DNA of 64,000 bases from Phoronis australis. Taxonomy: Eukaryota > Animalia > Phoronida. The position numbers were made by a program, and so were the translations under genes. Shown piece after piece: positions 37,804-49,860 of the stretch; position 1 is the first letter of the stretch, and the number at the start of each line of letters is the position of its first letter. The stretch covers positions 114,638-178,637 of the forward strand of contig NMRA01000726.1 in the NCBI GenBank assembly GCA_002633005.1, written 5' to 3'. The notes beneath the pieces are model-generated. The model had not been told where the DNA came from, did no database searches, and saw nothing but the letters and a program-made list of their open reading frames with translations.

Positions 37804-39607
37804 TTGCTTTTCTCGTAGTCTTAACTCTCGAAGAGTATTTAGAGTTCGTTTTTTATCGAGTACTAGTGAATGACAAGATCAGTCGGAGTAAGCTCTTTCG
37901 TGTCAAGAATGTAGCATTCCCCGTTCGTGGTAAGGATAAAGCGAAGTAAAACTATTATCGTGTGTGCGACCATTCTTACCTGCCGTTGTATTGCGATCAT
38001 GGAATAACGAGGCACATGCTAAACATGTTCTGAACAGAAGAAGGTTGATCGATATAATGTCGATGTATCCACGAAGTTGCAACGTGCACGTAAACAGTCG
38101 CCACAGCGTGAGCAGCCACATTCACCATCTGTGTGACATTTGTGGTCGTCAGCTCCAACTATTTCCCGTGTAATGGAGATCAAGCAGTGGCTAAATCCCA
38201 CTTCAGGCTCCATTTTGGATTGTCCGAGCACACTCGCCGAAAGTAAAAAACAACGGCAATCTTTATGAACTAGTAATAGTGTGCAAGCAACGGGTGTCCA
38301 CAATAAATCGTGCCACGAAAATGCTGACGGGGAGAGTTTTGTCACTTCCGGTGTGACGCTCGCGCGGAAACTTGATTTGGAAATTTGTCTAGGATAACAG
38401 GATTATCGTAATTTAATAAGAAATGACGCTGAAATGTTTGCTTTCTGATATATACTTTTTAAGGAATATCTTGGCCGCCTCCCAGCTGGCGGTGACCGAC
38501 TTCTGTTTGCGCGATATATGAGAAAACGTAATACCCTCTATTACCTATTTATTTTATGTATTAACCTGCTAATTTTATTTTTAAATGTCAGTGGTATTAG
38601 TCGCTGGCTCTCGTTTCTATTATCATTTAAAGGTAGCATTAAATTAATGGTATTGTGCCGTTTTGTAACAGCTATTTCTAGGTGCCTTCATACCGTAGAA
38701 GTCGTGTCTTCCACCACACGGCGATTCACTGGCATTCGTCTCGTGTTATCGAACTTCCACTCATTGATCAACGAGCGTTTAGGATTTAAAAACCCGTGTA
38801 AAGGACAATTTGGTCTTTAAGTTGTTACCGATTGATAAACAAACAGATAGTTTGCGTATCATATCCTTGCAGTCGGAATAAGGGCGGACTCAGTACTTAG
38901 CATTTCTTAAACAACTTGTCTTCATCACTGGTGGATTTAAGTTGGGGGGAGGGCCGGAGGCATGGCCTCCACTAAAATTCTCCCGTATTCCATCTAGCAC
39001 TGCGGGGGTGCGAACGTCTGACGGGCAAAATGCTGCCTAATACTGTGCCCTCCAACTCATAATCCTGGATCCGTTCCCTGTTGATTATTGCCGAAACGGT
39101 ACAAAGTTCTTACTTGTCGTCCAAAGTACATTTTTTTGATTCAGATTTGAAGTATAATTTTCCGGCAGTACCTATTCGGAAGTGATTCAATATTCCGAGT
39201 TCCAAAATTCTAATATAGTCAAAACGAAAATCAGATCGAAAATGTAAACAAAGACACGGTTCATCATAACATGTATCAATATCGAAAAATCGTCTTTGCC
39301 AATTCTCATCCTATTCTAATTCAATGTTGGAACTGGAAACTGGCCTGTTGTATCAAACTTGTCAAAAGTTCATTCTTCTCAATCTGGTCAATGCTGTCAC
39401 AAATCTGTATGGTTTTTCATGCATTTTCAAATTCTTGGTTGCGTTGTGTCGCATTTAATGCAGTGGCGGATCTAGGATACCTTAACGCGCATAGCGCCGA
39501 ATAGGGGGAGGTCGGGAGGAGGGATTCCCCCCTACCGCCCAGGACAAAATTTTGTTTTTGCCTCTAAACACAAGCATTTTCCTTGATTTCTGACGTGTTA
39601 TCACAGG

Positions 39608-39770
39608 AAAAAAAGCTGAGAACGTGTAAAACTGGTTGCTACGGACTTGAATTCACGTCCTGCCTGCCAGAGCGCGCGTGCTTTACCACCGCGCCACCAC
39701 GCTTCCATAAAAATTATCATACTAAAAAACATACTTGTTTGTGGTCCACAGCGTTTGCGCGCGAAACCTG
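39608..39770 (-). mobile_element. tRNA-like module with conserved 5' flank; second truncated copy at 45775-45875 (+)
   Basis: On the minus strand: TGGCGCGGTGG (A box), GAATTCAAGTCC (degenerate B box) and downstream T runs. The flank aggtttcgcgcgcaaacgctgtggaccaca recurs at 45777. Confidence 0.5.
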
Positions 39771-40496
39771 CATCTCACCAAGATCCGGCAAGGGGTTTAA
39801 GAGATACAGCTGCATACGCCGGACGCCCACACGTTAATATGTGAGCACATAAAAATTATATCTGAAGATTTATCCATTTTGTTTTTGCGTAGCTCACTCT
39901 ACTCAAAGTTTTTAGAGTATTTGTCAAGAAACATTCGGAACAGATGTATTATACACACTAAGTACAGAACCAACGAATGTTTGTCATAGGGTTCATTTTA
40001 GCAACTTTATTATTCCTTTGCCTTTTAGAAACAGAATTGGTGGAAATTATAACATTAACGGTTGAGAAATAACTAAAATATAAAACTCCTTGCATGCGGT
40101 TGTTCTTCTAGGCGTTGACGACTCAATAATACAAAGATGTTTACTCCAATATGATCTACCATATTTTTAAGCAGTATTCCAGACGGCATGGGTCTTAGTA
40201 TTTATCTTGATCGGTCCAATTTTTTGTTGAACACCCCGTACAACAGGAGTGAAGGGCACTGTTGGATAGCATCACCAACAGCAATAATGACAGTCACACT
40301 ATTGCTAGACCGGTTAATGTTTGTGTGTTTAGGACCATTGACTGTATTTCCTCCGTACTAACTACTATTAGTAATACTACCAAGAAATGAATCTTCGAAA
40401 CCCTATGTAATTTATTGGAATTAAAATCAATTTTTGATGAATTATGAAACAGGATTGATTTTTATTTTTATTTTAAATTGGGTTGCATTAATTAAA

Positions 40497-40572
40497 TAGA
40501 ATTGAATTTACGAAACAGGATTTTAATTAGAATTGAATTTACGAAACAGGATTTTAATTAGAATTGAATTTA
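40497..40572 (+). repeat. 31-bp tandem repeat (~2.5 units)
   Basis: Unit tagaattgaatttacgaaacaggattttaat. Confidence 0.85.
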
Positions 40573-43077
40573 TTGAATAGAGTTGAATTTACAAAGCAGA
40601 ATTCATTTTCTTTTTCACAATTTTTGCCATTTCCGACCCTACAAATTCAGTTGACATTGCGAGGGAAAGTGTGTACTTGATTGGTCGGGTTGGGGAGAGT
40701 CTGATTGGCTAAACCGGCCGATCAGCGCCACCTTGAGACTTTGGGAGCAAGGTTCTTCTGCTCTTGACTCATGTGGAGTCTGCCAAAGAGACGGACCTGC
40801 GTTAATTCAAAGTGCCGTATTCAAAGAGACACATAAGGTATACCTTAAAGTCTTAGCCAGTTAAGGTGAACCTTATACCTGTGGACTCTTAGAATACAGC
40901 CCTAAGGGGTTATCCCAAATGAGCTACGCCGGAGGCTGCGGGATGCTCGTCAGCGGGCCCAACTGAGACTCAAAGTGATTCCACTTCCAGGCAGCGGTTT
41001 TTCCCAAAATGAGCTTGGATTTTCCGTGCGCCGAGAGATGTGTTTTCGGAGTTCTAAAATGTTTCTGGAAAATGTGAGGTACGTGTGGAATAACTTTAGT
41101 ATTTTTGAGACCGAAGCGTTTTGGTCTAAAACATTTTCGGTAACTTTGAAGCTACTGTATTCATCAAGGTCACTCGCCAAGAGAGTGAATGGTGCATTGC
41201 TGATTGCCTTGTTCGCTTTTTACGTTGTGTGTTAATGCAGCATAACCTTCATACCATAGATCAATAAACGGTCGAACTGTGTGCGAGTGCAGAGTTTGGC
41301 TGAAGCACAACATCAAATCAAAATGACGGTGCATTAAGTCATTAGCACTTCATCACTGATACATTAAACCTCGGTTAAGTCGGACGCGCTTAAATCTTTT
41401 CTTCGCTCAGTTCGGACAAAGCTCTGTGGAACGGTTGACCTAGCTTTACTTCCTTAGTTCCTTAGTAAAATCATACATGTATACCGCGGGTTTCTTTTAA
41501 GATTTTCTTTTTCTCGCAATTGTTGCCCTTTCCGACCCTCATAGATAATTAAGAAACCAGGCTACGAAATTCAGATGACATCGCGAGTGAAAGTTCAAAT
41601 AACGAATATGGTTATAGCAAATTGAACGAAAACAAGTTTTCACCGAATACTTAAGCAAAGACCTTGAGATTTTCACGTCTCAAAAGTAATCGGCTTTTAA
41701 TTCCGATGCCCGATTTCATCAATTCGACTGTACGAGACATAAAAAGCGTTCAAGCAATGAATTCCAAGTGAAAAATATGAGGCCGTTGTTAATTCATGTT
41801 TATTTTCATAATAAAAAGGGATCGGTAATTACAGTAATTGCAGCTCAGTTTGTTGATAATATCACAAAATAAACAGTTAGCTCACCACGCGTTCTCAGCT
41901 TCCGATCGTCCCTAATACACTACTAATACTACAAGGTATGACTCTCGGGACTAGGAATTCCGCGGTTGCTTCACTTCGGTCATCCACATCAAACACAAAT
42001 TTGAATAAATTTACTTCACAAAACAGGGATTCAACAAACCATGAGCAATTTTTCTTTTTCCCAATGCCATTCAGTACAGCGTCCTGCTCCAGAGAGTTCG
42101 CAACAAATTCGCGATCAAACACAAAACTCTTCCTAAAACGCCGATGAGACTCAGTTCCGGCGTGAGCAATTATGAGACTTACGGTAAGACTAAGGTTTTC
42201 TCCAAATGAGCTACGAGACTGAATGAGGCTTCTCTAGTTGGGCGGTTTTGGGGATTCAAAAACCATTTGACAAAGATTTCAGAAATGCTATTGGTTTATG
42301 TTCAAATTTGTTATAACTTAACTTTTATTTTTGACAGCACAGCCCAGTCAGGGTAGATACGATCTAATTGGAGATTAGAGCAATTATCTGCCCTCCAACC
42401 ATAAATACCAGAATGGAGTTAATCACAGTGGCGGATCTAGGATAAAACAAGGGGGGCCAAACATTTTGTCTGAAAACATTTATGCATTTTCCTTGATTCC
42501 TGAAGTATTATCCACGAAAAAAGGTAAAGAAAAAGAAATCCGCCTATGAATCAGTCGTGTAAGATACTGGATACAGGGTAAACTTCCCAAGTTGTTGTTG
42601 GGCTATAGAATCGAACAAGTTGTGAGCAACGGGAAAACGCTGTAACGATACACTGTCCCCCCAACTCAAAATTCTTGTTTCCGTCCCTGTAAAGACCACT
42701 CGCCTTGGAGTGAATGATGCATTGTTACGACACGACTGGTTAACAACACCGAGAACATAATTTTTAATTAAATGGGCGAATAACAATGTAGTGCAAAGTT
42801 GAAGGCCATACTCATCGTCTGCAAACCAAAACTTCATCTCGAACAATCCGGAACGCTTCGCGTCCAAAGCAGCGTCATGTACGTTCTCCCAGTCAGAAGG
42901 ACAAGCAAACAAGTTTTTAAACGGACCCATCTTCGGTGGCAAATTCCATATCCACGAGCGTTCATTCAAAAGGAGACGTCTCCCGGATCAGACCTTAAAT
43001 TTTAGATGGTCCTATTAAAAAGGTCATCGTGTACTGTGGCCTAAAATGATAGAAGATTCCTCTTGTAAGAACACCGT

Positions 43078-43256
43078 CAGTGGCGGATTTAGGGGGGAGG
43101 CAAGGGGGCCATGCCTCCCCTAAAGTTCTCTCCCACAAACCCAAAAGTTCAAGACCCCCTACATTTTAGGCTGGGTGAGCGCTTGTGGCGAAATTCTGGT
43201 TATTCCTGTGCCATGCCCCCCACCCACCTAACTCAAAATCCTGGATCCGCCCCTGA
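43078..43256. mobile_element. MITE of the CAGkGGCGGAT family
   Basis: cagtggcggatttagggggg ... aaaatcctggatccgcccctg. Confidence 0.7.
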
Positions 43257-46200
43257 TCATTGCTTACAAATCATTCCAATACGGAAGGGTTTCTTTCAGG
43301 GTTATCAACAAATGTACTGGCTCACATGCAGCAACGTGCACGTCCATGGTTGAATAATGAAATTAGAAAAAACAACAATGAATGAAGACTGAAAAAAGAT
43401 GATCCCAAAGTATCGGACTGAAAATGTTTCTGCTTTCAAAATTAACAGGGCGATTGAATTTTCACTCTAAGTGACACAGATTCCTATCTCTGGAGTTGAG
43501 CGTTTGACAGCTTCTCCTTTTTATGATTGGACTCTGATCTAGGAATTAAATTAACAGCAGCAAGACCCAAATAACTAGACCAAAAACATTCAGTCCAAAA
43601 CTTGATTGAACAGTATTTGTGAAAGCCGACACGTGAATAAGACTATCGTGCGAGGTGTGATTCTCATCTGGGATGAGTTGCATCGAGAAGCCACTGAGAC
43701 TGGTCAATTATATTTTAAAGGAGTGTTTAGGTGAATCCCCTTATTTCAGTCGAAGTTTACGATGATGGAATTTTACTTTTGCATATTGATTGATGTTTAC
43801 AATTGACTAGACACCTCTATTAAAGAGTATTTTAATACATTTGCAGCGCAAATTCGCCTTTAAAATGCGCTTCACACGCCCAGACTTTGGATTCTGCCGG
43901 GTCTCGGGCGCAAGGAATCCCAAACGAACTAACTAACTGTTTCTTTTTTGGGTCTATATATTCTGAACGTTTTTCGGCGTATTTTTCAAGCTCAGATGTT
44001 TTTCTTGGGTGATTCTGGTCAAAGCGGAGATGACGACAGAAGCTAATCGTAGCCCGATGTAAATCTGTAGATCACTCTCTGTAAGTTGTCACCGTGGTTG
44101 TCTCGTATACGGCGATATAATAATCTCGCTGGTTCCCTGCGTGCTTAGCCCAGCCAGCACGCAGGTATCACCTAGTGGCACGCGCTTTAGCATTGGTCGA
44201 TGTAATCTTGGCAGTCATTGGTTAGCTTTACAACACCTTGAAAAAATGGCGGACTGTGAACGATTTTTAGCCTTGTCATGCAAGTGGCGTCGCAGCAACT
44301 ATTTCGTTTCTGCAGTGATGTTTAATAGCCGCGTGCTTGAAACACATACATGCACAATAAACACACATTATGTGGCCGATTTAACCGGTGTGTTATTCAT
44401 AGTGTATAAGGACATTATCGTAAACAAAAGTCATCGACAGTAGAAAGATGCATTCCGAAAAGGCTCAGTCACAATTTCTAGGCTTCACATTTCCTGAACA
44501 TAAATTTTAAGCACCGATTTGTCTGTACAACAGACCACATTTACACTTCAGTCCATCAGCCATGCCAGTTTGTTTGCGCAAAGCGCTGCCTGTTGACGAA
44601 TCGACTAGCCAATCAGAAACGCCGGTGTAAAAAAATTTACAGAGGAAATTTAAGTGATACCTGCGTGCTGGCGCGGCTACCGCCCCACCTAGCGGCACGC
44701 AGGGAACCAGCGAGACCGACTAATACGAGTACACAACACTGCAGTAATTTCTATCGCTTAAGAGCAGTCGAGCTTAAGATACTAAATAGATCGGTGCTGG
44801 TGGCTCCAACGATTCCCGTTACACGTACGGAATAACCAGCGATATCTTTTGGATCACCGCTTGTCGTGTTCGCTTCCAACCACAATATCTTCGAATTCCT
44901 GGTTGCCTTGGTGTCGCAGATCATCATTCAGTGTAGTACGTTTATGAACGAAAATGTTGAGATTTTGTTTAGGGGAAGTGGGGGGAGGACAAAGTTCAGC
45001 AGGGCCGGGGGGATCACGTTTACGGCTTAGCCTTTTTCCCCGGCCAGGCGCATCCGGTGTCAACGCCTTGTACCGATTTCGTGGCGCGGGTCGTGGTCGT
45101 AATCTGTTTGCACAACGCTCATTGACAATAGTCATGGTCACGTGACCATGAATAACTAGGCACAGGCGGATTTAGGGGGGGCCCACGGGGCCCGCGCCCC
45201 CCCCCCATTGGATGCCGCAAAAAATAAAACAGTAAGAGCGTACGGAAATGGTGAGTTATTTAATTAACCCCGGTAATTAAAATTATACGGATAACAAAAG
45301 ATTTAAATGTGTGCAGTTTTAGTGTTGCGGGGGGAGGCTCAAATCCAATTTCAAGTGTCAAATTCGGAACACGGCGCATTCGTAACGGAACTATGACTAA
45401 GTATAGGCTTTCCCGCGATATCCCAGGCGACCGGCAGTGGCGCTGCGCACTACGACTCCGTTTCCGTCGTCTGCTCCACTGTGCAATGAAGAAAATTTAC
45501 TTCATTTTTTAAAGAAAATGGAACCTGATTGACGATGAAAAAACAGAAGCTGCTGGTAAGATGTGAATTTTAGTCGAAGCCCTAGTAAATCACTCAGAAA
45601 CTTGCAATACTCTCTTTGTCAAACCTTATCCAAAGCAATCCCGTCATTATTGCCAACACGAAAAACGGATTTGGTTGGTCTTTTGGGCATTAAAGACTAT
45701 TTTAAATACGACAAATTTGTTAAGAATTGATGGCACAAAATATAAAACGCGTAATAAGCATTACAAAAAGAAGTAGGTTTCGCGCGCAAACGCTGTGGAC
45801 CACATACAAGTAGGTCTCTCAGTATGAGATTAGTAGTTAAATCGTGGTGGTGTAGTGGTAACGCGGGCGCGCTCGCAAACGCGACCCAGTCGCAAAATTA
45901 CCTTTTTTACTCTCGCGACATCTAGCGACCAGATAGCGTTTTGATGACATGCGCGTTAATAGAATGACCCGAGTGTTCACAAGTTATATAGGAAGTAAAC
46001 TCTTGCGGAGGTCGGTTTTGTTTTTGTTTTCAAATTACACTGCAGTTGTATTCTTTGATAATTTGTAAAGGTGTAAACAAAAATACTCCAAGTATATGGC
46101 CTTTGTGCTTATGATATACCTCGCATTTTGGCTGATATAACTTTCGACATAAGTAATTGGCTTGTAAAATGCACACTTTATCTATTCATCAGTCTTGCAC

Positions 46201-48488
46201 AGTCGGTCACAAAGCCGATGTTATGTTTATTTGATGCCGCATGGTTGTCAATACTTGCATTTGAAGACAACATGTTCATCTAATCAGATTTTGAATTTGT
46301 CAATGCCCCAATAACATGCAGTGCTGCGAACACAAACCAATTTGCAAATGTGAGGAACTGGCCGTACTAATCAGTGGCGGATCTAGGATACCATAAACGG
46401 GTGCCCAACATGTTGCCTCGGGATATTGTGCAAGGTGTGATTGGCAATTGCATGTTTGTAAGCGGCCCAAAAGGTGAGGGAATCAGCCCACGGAGGTGCA
46501 CCTTCCGTTCAGGAAAATCTACCATTCGACTATCGATTAAAAAAAGGAGCAGCCACTCCGCGGCAACTTGGACGTTTAGCGCTACCGGTCCTACTTCCTA
46601 GACTCAAAATTTCCTCACGCTCCCCACTGTTTCTCTTTCATTTGCTTGCGGTAGTTAGGGGGGGGGGCCTAAATCCGCCTATGCTAATTCCCATGAATTC
46701 TGAAGGTGTTTCTTTAGTCAAGAGGTAGTTCTTTGTGGTAAATGGAAATGTAATTCTATCAAGGTAAAAACTATAAAAACATTTTATAAGCGTAAAGCGA
46801 GGTCGCATTTCATTTCTTACAGCTAAATGTTGTGCAATGAAGCCTAAAGTCAAAAATAAAACTTACATGTAGGCTAATTTCAACATTCTGAGCACCATAA
46901 AACTTAGTGTAAGAAGAAATATTGTATTTACCATCAGAGAAAACAACATAGGATTTGTAGTTTGCAGGTGATTCATTTTATTTTACATTGTTTCATGACA
47001 CGTAAGAACCATCTTTAAGCCAGGATCTGTATTTCTAGATATACAATATTAGTTAGCATTGATGAGACTTATTCAAAGCAGACATATGCAGAACAAACGA
47101 AGTCTCAAACAACTGAGGAAGAATAAAAATGATCATTGCATAATTTGAAATAAAAATCTCATACACACTGAATAGTGGACCATAGTCGGATATGGCATAA
47201 CCTAACTTTTGAGAACCAGTTTGATGCCTAAATTATTCAGTGGAGAAACTAGTTCACAAAATGCACCACATCTGACTTAACCCTGTGTCTTATCCACGTG
47301 CAACTCACAATTTTCAACCTGTTGCAACATTTTGAGTACAATTACAAATTTCGAAATACATATTTTACAAATATTAGACTTTATTATTTAGAAAGACAAT
47401 TATGCCCACTATAGTGTACATTTTCAGAAAAAAATAGTTTTGCAATACAAATAATTACGTGCACACAACTAATAGAATGGCAAGTCAATGAGTAACTTGT
47501 TATTAAATAGGTGTAGCTTATAAATGAATGCCCCTCTGACTTACATCTCAAATAAAGTTAAACTTTTTTTATTGAACAACATACTTTTCCTTGTTCTGTG
47601 GATGATGCTAAAGAGGGCTTCAAGTTATGCATTCAGCAGTGATTGCTCAAAACAACCAACCACCTTCCAAATGAACAACCCATCCCCTCAAAACAGATGT
47701 ATTTTTATCCTAAAATATAATTACAAATAATTTACACCAAAACAAAAGCAACACTGAGTACTGAGAATGGATGTTGATTGTTATCAAATATTGATGCAGA
47801 ATATGTTAAAAAAACAACATCAGTTGTGTTGTTGTCAACACTTTCCAACATTTGAGCACTTTGGAAATAAACTGGCATCTAAACTGATGCGAAAATAATA
47901 AATAAGACCAGTAGGTGACACAGAATACAACTTATCCATCTGAAAATAAAATAAGAACTGTAATCAATTGAAAATCAAGCTTTACAATGATTGGTGAAAT
48001 ACCTGTAGATAAACAGTAATTATTAAACACCATTTTGCTAATGTTTAGTAGTAAATCCTGAATTCTTAACCCAAGTCCTTTGGAGTTTAAAACATCACCA
48101 TGTTCATTATATAGTTCTTGAGTCATTTGAATCGGCAACTCTAGATGTGCTGCCATGTTGGAGTTTGAAGCCTGATAGATTGAAGCCAGAATTTTATGCA
48201 TCTTTTAATCAAAACTGTTAGCTCTTATGATTGAACTTTATAAAAATACAAGACGGATACCTACAATAGTAAGTTAAAGGCTATGATCAGAAACGGAAGA
48301 TGCATTTGAGCCGCATAATACTGGGCAACGCATATTTTACATAATGTATATTAAAAGTGAATCAAACATTGAGAATCATTAACATATTCTGCATCAAGTA
48401 GTAGTTAATATTTGATAACAATTAAGCAACAGTTAGTTTCCCACAATAAAAATGAGTGTCTTGTTTTTGAAGTAATTAATATCTAAAG

Positions 48489-48677
48489 TCATTCATTTGA
48501 TTGTTTGCTGGAGTACCAAGCTAGACAAAACCATTCCACCTCAGAGGGAGGTGGATTGTCCTCAATAATATTTTCACATTTGAAATGAAACCAGTCGTAT
48601 CATCTGTCACATTGAATGGATGGTTGAATTCCCTCATCTGGGTCCTTGCATTCTAAGTCACATACGGAACACAAGAA
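48489..48677 (-). pseudogene. Decayed PHD finger (C4HC3)
   Basis: Minus-strand translation FLCSVCDLECKDPDEGIQPSIQCDR*YDWFHFKCENIIEDNPPPSEVEWFCLAW. Two expected Cys codons read TGA (48600-48602) and TGG. A Lys-rich linker precedes it. Confidence 0.75.
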
Positions 48678-49440
48678 TTGTTTCAAACTTGTTTTTGGCC
48701 CATGCTTTAACGGTTTAGAGGAAAGCTTATGCTTTGCAATTTTTGCCAAACCAGGTTTCTTAGAATTCTACAAGTCTTATAGTTTTTTAATTGGAAAGTA
48801 AGGCATAGGAGACAAACAAGCATCTTTATCCTCAAATGTAGAAGATGTGATAGAATGCTTTTTGAGATGGTTGCAGAATTTTTGGAGATTTTTGGAAAAT
48901 ACAATTCACTTCTTCTTTATAACAATACATAAATCTTCCCTTCCTATGATTGGACTGAATGCATTTGTTCAGGCTACCCTCATTAGTAAAACAGAACAGT
49001 GTAAGTCAGAAAGCACGCTTGGCACTGAATCATTACAGAAAGTTCTTTTTACAATTTTGACTCTAATTTTGTGGATGGGTGTTTGAGATGGGAAGACGAG
49101 TAATCTGGAATATGAGGCACAGTACTCATATACAATTTGTTTTAGTCTGTTTCCTGGTTTCTGAATGATAACACAACATACAGGTGTTTAAAAAAAGTAT
49201 GGTTTCCCTATAACAATAAATGACAAACAAGTGCAAAAGTGCACAAATAATATTTACAAATATTGTGACCAGCAAGCAGCACGTGATACTCTTCAGGGAT
49301 GTAAAATTTGGTCTTTTCTCTGTTAATTTGAAGCAACATTCCCACCAGGTCCTTATTGGTTCTATTAACTGGAGCATCATTATATCCATGTTCGGAAATG
49401 CTAGTTTGTACCACAGAAGGACTGAAAGTAGAAAGCGTGA

Positions 49441-49550
49441 GTGAATTATTCTCAAAAGATAATGGATGGAAATTCACCATCTGTCCACATGTAACATTTG
49501 CCATCCTTTTCTAAAAGTTTCACTCACACTCGCCTTCAAGAACCGATGTA
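49441..49550 (-). pseudogene. Second, inverted fragment of the SGNH gene last exon
   Basis: Reverse complement tacatcggttcttgaaggcgagtgtgagtgaaacttttagaaaaggatggcaaatgttacatgtggacagatggtgaatttcca aligns with 54569-54670. Confidence 0.75.
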
Positions 49551-49860
49551 TAACACAGTTCACGAATCAAACAGTTTGGTATCAACATGGGTTAACAGCA
49601 CAGTTGATATGCAGACATGATTGGTGCATCTCCAACGTGAAGGGAGTAGATCACTTTCACGTGTTATTACCAAGCAGACTCTTTGTAAAATACAGTCAAC
49701 TATCACTTGTGTTAATGTTAACTAGTTACGTATATCTTAAACCCAAGCTTAAATAAATTTTACTGATGATAGTCACTCTAATCAAAAATACAGTACAACC
49801 TGTGTGTGGACTTTAAAATACTGTGGCCAATTAAGTCATGTAGTTATCACTGTTCCTTAA

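Noticed and set aside
40497-40572. 31-bp repeats as a CRISPR array
   Set aside because: Head-to-tail units without spacers, in eukaryotic DNA with no cas genes.
42544-42969. 141-aa minus-strand ORF
   Set aside because: Non-ATG start, no recognisable motif and no linked exons; left unassigned.
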